From positions 27,804 through 59,803 of the forward strand of contig JBHLMI010000013.1 of assembly GCA_048938295.1 (NCBI GenBank): DNA of 32,000 nt. The letters are read 5' to 3'. The stretch's first letter is position 1. Every line of letters starts with the position of its first letter. This stretch comes from Promethearchaeota archaeon (GTDB lineage: Archaea > Asgardarchaeota > Hermodarchaeia > Hermodarchaeales > Hermodarchaeaceae). This document shows, piece by piece, positions 17,244 to 25,570 of the stretch. The notes beneath the pieces are model-generated. The model worked only from the letters and a program-made list of their open reading frames with translations, did no database searches and was not told the origin of the DNA. The position numbers were made by a program, and so were the translations under genes.

Positions 17244-18803
17244 ATGCCATCTGATTTGATGAACAAGAAGATGAAAGAACTCCAAAAACACCTGAAAAAA
17301 GCTAAGCTTGGTGGCGGAAAGGAGCGAATTGAAAAGCAACACAAAGCTGGGAAAATGACGGCACGGGAAAGAATTGACCGGCTTTTAGACCCAGGCAGTT
17401 TCATGGAGTTTGATGCGCTGGTAGAGCACCGGTGCACGGATTTCAAAATGGATAAACAAAAGATTCCCGGCGATGGGGTGGTAACTGGGTATGGTACCAT
17501 TGACGGTCGGTTGGTGTTTGTGTTTAGTCAGGATTTCACGGTTTTTGGTGGAGCCCTAGGTGAGATGTTTGGGGAAAAAGTAACTAAAATCATGGACCTA
17601 GCCCTGGAAGCAGGAGCACCAGTAATTGGATTGAATGATTCCGGAGGGGCACGGATTCAGGAAGGTGTGGCTAGCCTTGGAGCGTATGGAGAGATCTTTT
17701 ATCGCAACGTAATTGCATCGGGTGTGATTCCCCAAATCAGCGCCATTATGGGCCCCTGTGCTGGAGGGGCGGTGTATAGCCCAGCAGTCACCGATTTTAC
17801 GTTCATGGTGAAGAATACGAGCCGCATGTTTATTACCGGTCCCAACGTGATCAAGTCGGTCACTGGAGAAGTCATCTCGCTTGAAGAACTCGGAGGTGCT
17901 ATGGCACATAACATGAAAAGTGGTGTCGCGCAGTTTGCAGCGGAGAATGAGGAACACTGCCTGCAACTCATCCAAGAACTCCTATCTTATTTACCCTCGA
18001 ATAATGTCGAAGACCCCCCATCAGTTGAGCCCACTGATGATGCACGAAGGACGGATCCTACATTGAACGAGTTGCTCCCTGATGATACAACGACACCGTA
18101 TAATATGAAACAAGCGATTTTGAGCGTAGCTGACAATCATCAGTTTCTAGAAGTGCATGAACTTTTTGCTCAGAACATGGTGGTAGGATTTATCCGATTG
18201 AATGGCCACCCAGTGGGCGTCGTCGCCAACCAGCCCAATTATCTCGCAGGAACCCTGGACATTAACGCGTCAGATAAATGTGCCCGGTTCGTCCGGTTTT
18301 GTGACGCGTTCAATATTCCGGTACTCACCTTCATGGATGTCCCTGGGTTCCTCCCAGGAGTCGACCAGGAACATCGTGGTATCATTCGCCACGGTGCAAA
18401 AATCCTCTTTGCATACGCTGAAGCCACTGTGCCAAAAGTCACGGTTATCACTCGAAAAGCCATTGGTGGAGCCTATGTGGTGTTAGGATCAAAGCATTTA
18501 CGCGCGGACGTGGTATATGCCTGGCCAACGACGGAAATGGCAGTCATGGGACCGGAAGGTGCTGCAAACATTATCTTCCGACGAGAAATCGACAAGGCAA
18601 AGGATCCAGAGGTTACTCGGGCGGAACGCATCACAGCATACCGAGAAAGGTTTGCGAATCCCTATTCTGGGGCAGTTCGTGGTTTCATTGATGAAGTTAT
18701 AGAACCTGCGATCACTCGGCCTCGCGTGATTGCAGCATTCGAAATGTTGCGTACCAAGCGACAAGCATTACCGAAAAAGAAACATGGTAATTGCCCGCTT
18801 TAG
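17244..18803 (+). CDS. Acyl-CoA carboxyltransferase subunit (PccB/MmdA/transcarboxylase 12S family)
   Basis: GKMTARERI, PGDGVVTG, NDSGGARIQEG, GPCAGGAVYSP, DVPGFLPG, GGAYVVLGSK, KKHGNCPL. ATG 17244 follows GGAGAG. Confidence 0.94.
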   Translation: MPSDLMNKKMKELQKHLKKAKLGGGKERIEKQHKAGKMTARERIDRLLDPGSFMEFDALVEHRCTDFKMDKQKIPGDGVVTGYGTIDGRLVFVFSQDFTVFGGALGEMFGEKVTKIMDLALEAGAPVIGLNDSGGARIQEGVASLGAYGEIFYRNVIASGVIPQISAIMGPCAGGAVYSPAVTDFTFMVKNTSRMFITGPNVIKSVTGEVISLEELGGAMAHNMKSGVAQFAAENEEHCLQLIQELLSYLPSNNVEDPPSVEPTDDARRTDPTLNELLPDDTTTPYNMKQAILSVADNHQFLEVHELFAQNMVVGFIRLNGHPVGVVANQPNYLAGTLDINASDKCARFVRFCDAFNIPVLTFMDVPGFLPGVDQEHRGIIRHGAKILFAYAEATVPKVTVITRKAIGGAYVVLGSKHLRADVVYAWPTTEMAVMGPEGAANIIFRREIDKAKDPEVTRAERITAYRERFANPYSGAVRGFIDEVIEPAITRPRVIAAFEMLRTKRQALPKKKHGNCPL

Positions 18804-18831
18804 GAAGGGTGGACAGACAGAAAACTAAAAA

Positions 18832-18859
18832 CGAGGAGGAGTAAATACCTCCTACCTCG
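18832..18859 (+). promoter_or_regulatory. Strong intergenic hairpin between the 12S-like and 5S-like genes
   Basis: CGAGG-AGGAG-taaatac-CTCCT-a-CCTCG. Confidence 0.45.
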
Positions 18860-18889
18860 CCATGACGTTGTTAATGAGGTGTATTGTGC

Positions 18890-20401
18890 GTGTCGTCCAC
18901 TTCTAGCAAGCCGATTAAATTTACAGACACCACGTTCCGTGATGCACATCAATCCTTGTTGGCTACACGAATGCGAACCGATGATATGCTGCCTATCGCT
19001 GAGAAAATGGACCAGGTCGGGTTTAACTCGATGGAAGTCTGGGGTGGAGCCACCTTTGATGCGCCTCTCCGATTTCTGAAGGAGAATCCGTGGGAACGGC
19101 TTCGACAACTCCGAGCCACGATTAAGAAGACAAAGCTTCAGATGCTTCTACGGGGTCAAAACATCGTGGGATACCGCCATTATCCTGACGATACGGTCCG
19201 CAAATTCGTCGAACTCGCAGCCACAAATGGAATCGATATCTTCCGGGTCTTCGACGCACTAAATGATCCCAGGAACATGCAAACCGCCTTAAAAGCCATC
19301 CATAAGGCAGGAGCTCATGCACAGTTGAGTTTTAGCTACACAATCAGTCCGGTTCATAATGTTGAAACCTTCGTTGAGCAGGCTAAGCATCTGGAAGAAA
19401 TGGGCGCTGATTCAATATGCATTAAAGACATGGCTGGTCTCCTTAGCCCCTTTATCGCCCGAGAACTGGTTATCCGCCTGAAAGAGGACATTAGTGTCCC
19501 CATTCAATTGCACTCACATTACACTTCTGGGATGGCAAGTATGACCTATCTTGAGGCCATTAAAGCTGGTGTCGATATTGTTGATACAGCAATCTCATCA
19601 TTAGCACAATCAACATCTCAGCCACCGCTAGAAACTATGGTAGCGGTCCTTGAAGGTACTCCGTGGGATTCGAAACTCGATCTAGAACTCTTATCGGAAA
19701 TCGCCGCATACATACATGATGTGCGAGAGAAATATGAAGCCTATGAATGCGGTATGGTGGGAGTGGATACAAACGTCTTGCAATTCCAAGTTCCTGGCGG
19801 AATGATGTCGAATCTGGTCAACCAATTACGTGAACAAAACGCCTTAGACCGCCTTCAAGATGTATTGGACGAAGTACCCATCGTCCGCAAAGAAATGGGA
19901 TACCCTCCACTCGTGACCCCCTCCAGTCAGATTGTCGGCACACAGGCAACACTCAACGTGTTACTTGGAGAACGTTATAAGACAATTCCTGAGGAGGTCA
20001 AACAATACGTCCGTGGGTATTATGGTCGCCCCCCGGCACCCATTGATCCAACAACCCAGAAGCGTGTCATCGGTGACGAAGAGCCAATTACCTGCCGCCC
20101 AGCTGATCTATTAGAACCGGCTATTCCCCAGGCACGAGCCGAACTCAAGGGCATCACTTCAAATATCGAAGACATCATCACTTACATTCTTTTTCCACAA
20201 CCTGCTCTGGAATTCTTCGAGTATCGCAAAGACCAAGAAGTCTTGAATAATCTTACTCCTGAATTGCAGGCCGCGATCACTGCCGCACTACTTGAAATGC
20301 AGCCTGAACCCTTGAAAATGCCGGCAATCCGTCGTTCCAACACAAATGGATCGAATCCCTGGGTGCTTGCTGGACGCCGAGAAGCCATGGGTTATGATTA
20401 A
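18890..20401 (+). CDS. Pyruvate/oxaloacetate carboxyltransferase (transcarboxylase 5S/OadA/PycB family) with no biotinyl domain and an epsilon/PccX-like C-terminal tail
   Basis: RDAHQSLLATR, WGGATFD, MLLRGQN, IKDMAG, HSH, PGGM, LVTPSSQIVG; tail LQAAITAALLEM...NPWVLAGRREAMG. GTG 18890 follows GAGGTG. Confidence 0.92.
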   Translation: MSSTSSKPIKFTDTTFRDAHQSLLATRMRTDDMLPIAEKMDQVGFNSMEVWGGATFDAPLRFLKENPWERLRQLRATIKKTKLQMLLRGQNIVGYRHYPDDTVRKFVELAATNGIDIFRVFDALNDPRNMQTALKAIHKAGAHAQLSFSYTISPVHNVETFVEQAKHLEEMGADSICIKDMAGLLSPFIARELVIRLKEDISVPIQLHSHYTSGMASMTYLEAIKAGVDIVDTAISSLAQSTSQPPLETMVAVLEGTPWDSKLDLELLSEIAAYIHDVREKYEAYECGMVGVDTNVLQFQVPGGMMSNLVNQLREQNALDRLQDVLDEVPIVRKEMGYPPLVTPSSQIVGTQATLNVLLGERYKTIPEEVKQYVRGYYGRPPAPIDPTTQKRVIGDEEPITCRPADLLEPAIPQARAELKGITSNIEDIITYILFPQPALEFFEYRKDQEVLNNLTPELQAAITAALLEMQPEPLKMPAIRRSNTNGSNPWVLAGRREAMGYD

Positions 20402-20426
20402 AGAAAATGCCATGGAGAAGCCCTAA

Positions 20427-21008
20427 GTGACTCGAAAATATAAACTCACAATCAACAACAAAACGATCAACATTGAAGTTGATGGACCTACCAACGGGAT
20501 CCTCTCCATCACCATCGGCGAATCCACCTTCCCTGTCCAAGTGACGGACACCGATTCAGATTCAGGAAAGTATAAGGTCACTGTCGGCGACAGCAAGCAT
20601 ACGCTCCAATTGACACCTCAGTCTAATGCTCGCGGATATTCCGTAAAAGTGGATAAAGACACCTACACCGCTCAACTAATACCGCTTACCCATACCACGA
20701 CTCGCCCAATCTTGTCTCCAGCCGTTTCCGCTGCACCTGCAGTTACTATGTCCTCTGCAAGAGTACTGAGTGCTGTGGCCCAAGAACCGACCGAGCCTGG
20801 CACAGTAACCGCCCCGTTGCCAGGACGTGTTCTGGAAGTTCGCGTAATAAAAGGCGCATCTATCAAGGCCGGTGATGTTCTATTAGTCCTAGAAGCCATG
20901 AAGATGGCCAACGAAATACGGGCCCCACAGGATGGTACGGTGAAAGCAATTCACGTCAAAGCTGGAACCACAGTGGAAAAAGGGCAACCCATGCTGAGTA
21001 TCACCTAG
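20427..21008 (+). CDS. Biotin carboxyl carrier protein (1.3S/MmdC-like) with extended N-terminus
   Basis: VTAPLPG, LEAMKM biotinylation motif, Ala/Pro-rich linker, four N-terminal hairpin-like repeats. Confidence 0.93.
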   Translation: MTRKYKLTINNKTINIEVDGPTNGILSITIGESTFPVQVTDTDSDSGKYKVTVGDSKHTLQLTPQSNARGYSVKVDKDTYTAQLIPLTHTTTRPILSPAVSAAPAVTMSSARVLSAVAQEPTEPGTVTAPLPGRVLEVRVIKGASIKAGDVLLVLEAMKMANEIRAPQDGTVKAIHVKAGTTVEKGQPMLSIT

Positions 21009-21108
21009 GGGGTATTGCGGTTAAATCAAAACCGACAAAACCATTTCCGAGTGCGGAGAAGTATTTAATAGCGAAATCTGGACACCTTTTTTCGGGGTAT
21101 CGATAGTC

Positions 21109-21243
21109 ATGGCTTGTCCAATGCATGATGCCGAAAATAATGTGTGCCAACAACTCCAGCGAAAATTCCCAGAAGGCGCCCGAACTCCATGTGAGTTCGT
21201 CAACGATCCTACTCAGTGTCCCATCTGTATGATGTCTTCCTAA
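21109..21243 (+). CDS. Putative small Cys/His-rich protein, 44 aa, not in the ORF track
   Basis: MACPMHDAENNVCQQLQRKFPEGARTPCEFVNDPTQCPICMMSS; TATTTAAT box at 21062-21069. Confidence 0.55.
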   Translation: MACPMHDAENNVCQQLQRKFPEGARTPCEFVNDPTQCPICMMSS

Positions 21244-21389
21244 GCCGCAGGTGGGGCCCTTTTCCTTTTCACTCAACAACCTTCCACGAGCTACCGAATA
21301 ATAGCTATTAGGCAAGATTGTAAAGTGCCAAAACCATTAAAGCAACTGCACCCTAACTGAACAAGCGAATCATGGGATGGCGAAGCCTA

Positions 21390-23066
21390 ATGGTTACGAA
21401 AGAGAAACAATCAGTATCGCAAACAAAACGTGACTGGGAAAACAATACCTTAAAAGAGACTCTTGATAAATCTCCCGAACGGCGTGAACGGTTTATCACT
21501 ACATCGAGTAGACCAATCGCTCGAATATACACTCCAATGGACATTGCAGGCTTCAATTATGATGAGCACCTAGGATTCCCTGGTCAATACCCGTATACCC
21601 GTGGCGTCTATCCCACGATGTACCGTGGTCGATTATGGACAATGCGGATGTTTTCGGGGTTCGGTACTGCTGAACAGACAAACACCCGGTTCCGATATCT
21701 TTTGGAACAGGGACAAACCGGACTCAGTGTCGCATTTCACCTCCCAACTATCCAGGGATACGACTCTGATGACCCCATGTCCAAAGGAGAAATCGGTGTT
21801 TGTGGTGTTGCTGTCGATTCGCTAGCCGATATGGAGATTCTCTTCTCACATATTCCTCTGGACAAAGTAACAACCTCGATGACCATCAATGCCCCTGCAG
21901 CAGTTCTCCTTTGTTTATACATCGCGGCAGCAGAAAAACAAGGCATTTCTTCGACCCAAATAGGCGGTACCATCCAAAATGACATCCTGAAAGAGTACCA
22001 AGCTCAAAAGACCTGGATATTTCCCCCAGACCCATCCATGCGCATTATCACAGATATTCTCCAGTTTTGTACGAAAAAAGTGCCACGCTGGAACACCATC
22101 AGCATCAGCGGGTATCATATTCGCGAAGCAGGGGCAACTGCTGTGCAAGAAGTCGCCTTTACCCTCGCGAATGGTCTCGCGTACGTCCAGGCAGGGGTTG
22201 ATGCAGGTTTGAAAGTGGATGATTTTGCCCCTCGACTTTCCTTCTTCTTTGATAGTCATCTTGATTTGTTCGAAGAAATCGCGAAATTCCGAGTTGCCCG
22301 ACGGATCTGGGCCCGAGAAATGCGAGACCGATTTAGGGCTAAGAATCCACGGTCCTATTTGCTACGATTTCATACACAGACGGCAGGCGTCAGCCTTACG
22401 GCACAACAGCCAGAAAATAACATTGTCCGAACCACCATTGAAGCCTTAGCAGCGATTCTAGGGGGCACTCAATCACTTCACACCAATTCCATGGATGAAG
22501 CGTGGGCACTCCCAACGGAGAAGGCAGCAACCATTGCCCTGCGCACGCAACAGATACTTGCGCATGAAAGTGGTGTTGCGAATACCATCGATCCCCTCGG
22601 TGGTTCATATTTCATTGAAGCTTTAACCAACGAAATGGAAGAGGAGACCTACAAGTACTTCGATCGGATTGAAAAGCTTGGAGGTGTGGTAGAAGCCATC
22701 AAGAAGGGATTTTTCCAACGCGAAATCTCTGACTCCGCTTTTCGATACCAACGTGAATTTGAAGAAAAGGAGCGGATCATCGTCGGCGTCAATGAGTACA
22801 TTACCGATGATCAGTTGGAAATTCCCGTCCTCAAGATTGACCCCGAAGTGGAACGAGCCCAGCTAGCAAGGCTGCAGAAGACACGGAAATCGCGGAACAA
22901 CCAGAAAGTCAAGCAACTCCTAATCCAATTACAGCGTGCGGCAGAGGGAACTGACAATCTTCTGCCCCATATCCTTGCGGCCGTTCGCGAATACGCCACT
23001 GTGGGGGAAATATGTAACGCACTGCGAGACGTTTATGGTGAATATCAAGAACCTATCATATTCTAA
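21390..23066 (+). CDS. Acyl-CoA mutase large subunit, isobutyryl-CoA mutase signature
   Basis: WTMRMFSGF (Phe) and [14 protein letters not shown] (Gln); otherwise the same motifs as 8272-9945. Confidence 0.9.
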   Translation: MVTKEKQSVSQTKRDWENNTLKETLDKSPERRERFITTSSRPIARIYTPMDIAGFNYDEHLGFPGQYPYTRGVYPTMYRGRLWTMRMFSGFGTAEQTNTRFRYLLEQGQTGLSVAFHLPTIQGYDSDDPMSKGEIGVCGVAVDSLADMEILFSHIPLDKVTTSMTINAPAAVLLCLYIAAAEKQGISSTQIGGTIQNDILKEYQAQKTWIFPPDPSMRIITDILQFCTKKVPRWNTISISGYHIREAGATAVQEVAFTLANGLAYVQAGVDAGLKVDDFAPRLSFFFDSHLDLFEEIAKFRVARRIWAREMRDRFRAKNPRSYLLRFHTQTAGVSLTAQQPENNIVRTTIEALAAILGGTQSLHTNSMDEAWALPTEKAATIALRTQQILAHESGVANTIDPLGGSYFIEALTNEMEEETYKYFDRIEKLGGVVEAIKKGFFQREISDSAFRYQREFEEKERIIVGVNEYITDDQLEIPVLKIDPEVERAQLARLQKTRKSRNNQKVKQLLIQLQRAAEGTDNLLPHILAAVREYATVGEICNALRDVYGEYQEPIIF

Positions 23067-23095
23067 CCATGCAAATCGTGAAGAGTTGAAAGTTA

Positions 23096-23494
23096 TTGAC
23101 AGAAACTGAAAAAATTCGGGTGTTGATTGCTAAACCAGGATTAGACGGACATGACCGTGGTGCTAAGGTTGTGGCACGAGCCTTACGTGATGCCGGTTTT
23201 GAGGTCATCTACACGGGGTTACGCCAAACACCAGAACAAATTGCAGAAACCGCTCTGCAAGAGGATGTCGATGTTGTCGGCCTAAGCATTCTTTCAGGAG
23301 CCCATATGCGGCTATTTCCAGAAATAATGCAGCTCCTCAAAGAGCGAGAGATGGCCGATGTACTTGTTATTGCTGGTGGTATCATTCCTGAAGATGATTT
23401 CGAACCCTTGAGGAAACTCGGTGTTAAAGCGATTTTCGGGCCAGGGACACCAACTGGTGAAATCGTCGAATTCATTCGAAAACACACCAAATAA
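23096..23494 (+). CDS. Acyl-CoA mutase small subunit (cobalamin-binding domain)
   Basis: [11 protein letters not shown] (DxHxxG), [21 protein letters not shown]. Confidence 0.95.
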   Translation: MTETEKIRVLIAKPGLDGHDRGAKVVARALRDAGFEVIYTGLRQTPEQIAETALQEDVDVVGLSILSGAHMRLFPEIMQLLKEREMADVLVIAGGIIPEDDFEPLRKLGVKAIFGPGTPTGEIVEFIRKHTK

Positions 23495-23511
23495 TCAGCG
23501 GAGTGGTCTGT

Positions 23512-24477
23512 ATGACTCCGGATACGACAGAATTGGTCAAACAGCTGCTAAAGGGTAATCGTCGAGCAGCAGCACGACTCATGACTCTCACCGAATCGTT
23601 GTCGCCGGAAGCCCATGCAGCAATCAAGCAGCTTTACCCGCACACTGGGAAAGCTCATATCATTGGAATTACCGGTCCGCCTGGTTCAGGGAAAAGCACC
23701 CTTGTGGACAAGCTCATTGAGCAGTATCGCTCCCAAAACTTAACAGTGGGAGTGGTTGCCGTTGATCCCAGTAGCCCATTTACAGGTGGCGCTCTGCTTG
23801 GTGACCGCATCCGAATGAACCGTTTTGCTAACGACCATGATGTCTTCATCCGGAGCATGGGATCCCGAGGTCATCTTGGCGGTTTAGCCTGGGCTACCAT
23901 AGATGTGGTCCACATTTTGGATGCCTTGGGCAAAGATATCATTATAGTTGAGACAGTTGGTGCCGGTCAAGCGGAAGTTGATATCGTTCAGCTAGCGGAA
24001 ACTGTTGTCTTACTCTCCGTACCTGGTTTAGGCGATGATATCCAAACCATCAAAGCGGGAATAATGGAAATCGGCAATATTTTCGCCATTAATAAAGCAG
24101 ACCTCGATGGAGCTGATCGCCGTTATGTCGAACTCCAATCTGCCCTCAATTTAGGGCAAGAAGCTGACGGGTGGGAACCACCCATCCTTAAAGTCATTGC
24201 AACAACCGGTGAAGGCATCGAAAGCCTTGTGAAAGCCATCAAAGATCATCATGAATACCTTGTCGAAAGTGGGGAGATTGCTAAAAACCGAGAAAAGCGA
24301 TGCTGCGCCCAACTTGAAACAATATTAGAACACAGTTTTATCAGAAAATTACTGATGGAGCCTGATGAACGAGACCTCTTTGAAAAACTGGTCGCGGAAG
24401 TAAATCAACGAAAAACCGACCCATACACCGCTGCGGAACGACTTATTCTTCACCTAATAAAATCGCCGAAAAAATGA
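23512..24477 (+). CDS. meaB: MeaB/ArgK GTPase chaperone of B12 mutases
   Basis: ITGPPGSGKST, DPSSPFTGGALLGDRIRM, VETVGAGQAE, GDDIQTIKAGIME, NKAD. Confidence 0.95.
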   Translation: MTPDTTELVKQLLKGNRRAAARLMTLTESLSPEAHAAIKQLYPHTGKAHIIGITGPPGSGKSTLVDKLIEQYRSQNLTVGVVAVDPSSPFTGGALLGDRIRMNRFANDHDVFIRSMGSRGHLGGLAWATIDVVHILDALGKDIIIVETVGAGQAEVDIVQLAETVVLLSVPGLGDDIQTIKAGIMEIGNIFAINKADLDGADRRYVELQSALNLGQEADGWEPPILKVIATTGEGIESLVKAIKDHHEYLVESGEIAKNREKRCCAQLETILEHSFIRKLLMEPDERDLFEKLVAEVNQRKTDPYTAAERLILHLIKSPKK

Positions 24478-24488
24478 AAGGGCGAACC

Positions 24489-25376
24489 TTATGGTTTCCG
24501 ACTATGTCCCGTCTCAAGAGGTGTTCCCAACCCAACGGTTGGGGTTCCACCACGAATTTGATAAGGGACCTTCAAATAGGTCGTAACTTCATCCGGTGCG
24601 GTCGTTTTTAGAATCTGCACGAATTTAGATGGCTGCTTCAACCCGGGCACATCACCGTAGCCCCATCGTAAGACTTGGTCCACCATGCGTTCACAAGCTG
24701 TATGGACTTCAGGAACTGTTCCTCGCCATCCCATGAAGAGAATCAGTGTATGTCCGAACTTACGCATGAGGTTAATCAGACGTCGTAAATAATCTAGCGC
24801 GGATTGGGGGCCCACGCCATCAATAAAATCATCCACATACGCCATTACCATACGGATAGTACCCTTCCCATGTAGAGAAGAGGTGATTTTACTGATCGCG
24901 GCAGGTAAACCATCGATAGAATGGATTTCATCCGGTTTACGGGGTGAAACCAGCAGATTTGGGTTTCCACCCATGCTCTTTATTCGTTCTTGGTATGACG
25001 TTCTAACTAATTCCCGTTCCGGGTCGCCAAAACCACGATAAGTGAACATATCCACCAAATGGAACCGATTTACATTACTCGTCTCTAGAAACACCTTGAA
25101 GGCGTTAGGCAATTTCCGTTCACACCATAACGCGATAGCCACTGGGTCCGCATAAGTGGTCACTAAAAGAAGTGTTTCCATATCCCGAACCTCGTTGGTT
25201 AACCACTCGATGGTCAAGCTGGTGGGATCGGTAAAGGTCTGGTTCTGTACGTACATAATGGTTGAGGTTCCAGACATTACGCCAAAATATTGGTCAAAGC
25301 TCTTGTTCCCCGTATATATACGGTGTCGGTCTTCTATGCCATCCAAGACAATTCTTGAAGCAGGCCGTTCATTCAT
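24489..25376 (-). CDS. KaiC/RecA-fold protein with a degenerate Walker A (probably an inactive ATPase)
   Basis: IYTGNKSFDQYFG-VMSGTSTIMYV matches the KaiC/RadA N-terminus, but the P-loop is replaced by QNQTFTDPT; Walker-B-like MVMAYVDD; ends with VDQVLRW...VQILK. Confidence 0.65.
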   Translation of the reverse strand: MNERPASRIVLDGIEDRHRIYTGNKSFDQYFGVMSGTSTIMYVQNQTFTDPTSLTIEWLTNEVRDMETLLLVTTYADPVAIALWCERKLPNAFKVFLETSNVNRFHLVDMFTYRGFGDPERELVRTSYQERIKSMGGNPNLLVSPRKPDEIHSIDGLPAAISKITSSLHGKGTIRMVMAYVDDFIDGVGPQSALDYLRRLINLMRKFGHTLILFMGWRGTVPEVHTACERMVDQVLRWGYGDVPGLKQPSKFVQILKTTAPDEVTTYLKVPYQIRGGTPTVGLGTPLETGHSRKP

Positions 25377-25570
25377 CGAAACACATCTCCCACCATGAAT
25401 ATACAATAGCTAGTAGGAGGCAGGCATTTAATGGGTTTCCCTCCGGTTTGGCGCCCTGTTTTTTTCATCGCGATTTCTGTAATCTTTACGGAGAAGAACT
25501 TTTAAGCAGAGCAGTTTCGTTTAAACGCCACTCAAGACGCCTAATACACTGAACTATGGGAGCAATCCAT

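Noticed and set aside
17244-21008. Na+-pumping methylmalonyl-CoA or oxaloacetate decarboxylase
   Set aside because: No beta (OadB/MmdB) subunit or membrane-anchored gamma/delta subunit in the window; it remains possible only if these are encoded elsewhere.
21001-21315. 104-aa and 60-aa minus-strand ORFs
   Set aside because: No SD or recognisable motif, and one overlaps the carrier stop; the plus-strand Cys-rich 44-aa ORF with a TATA box is more plausible.
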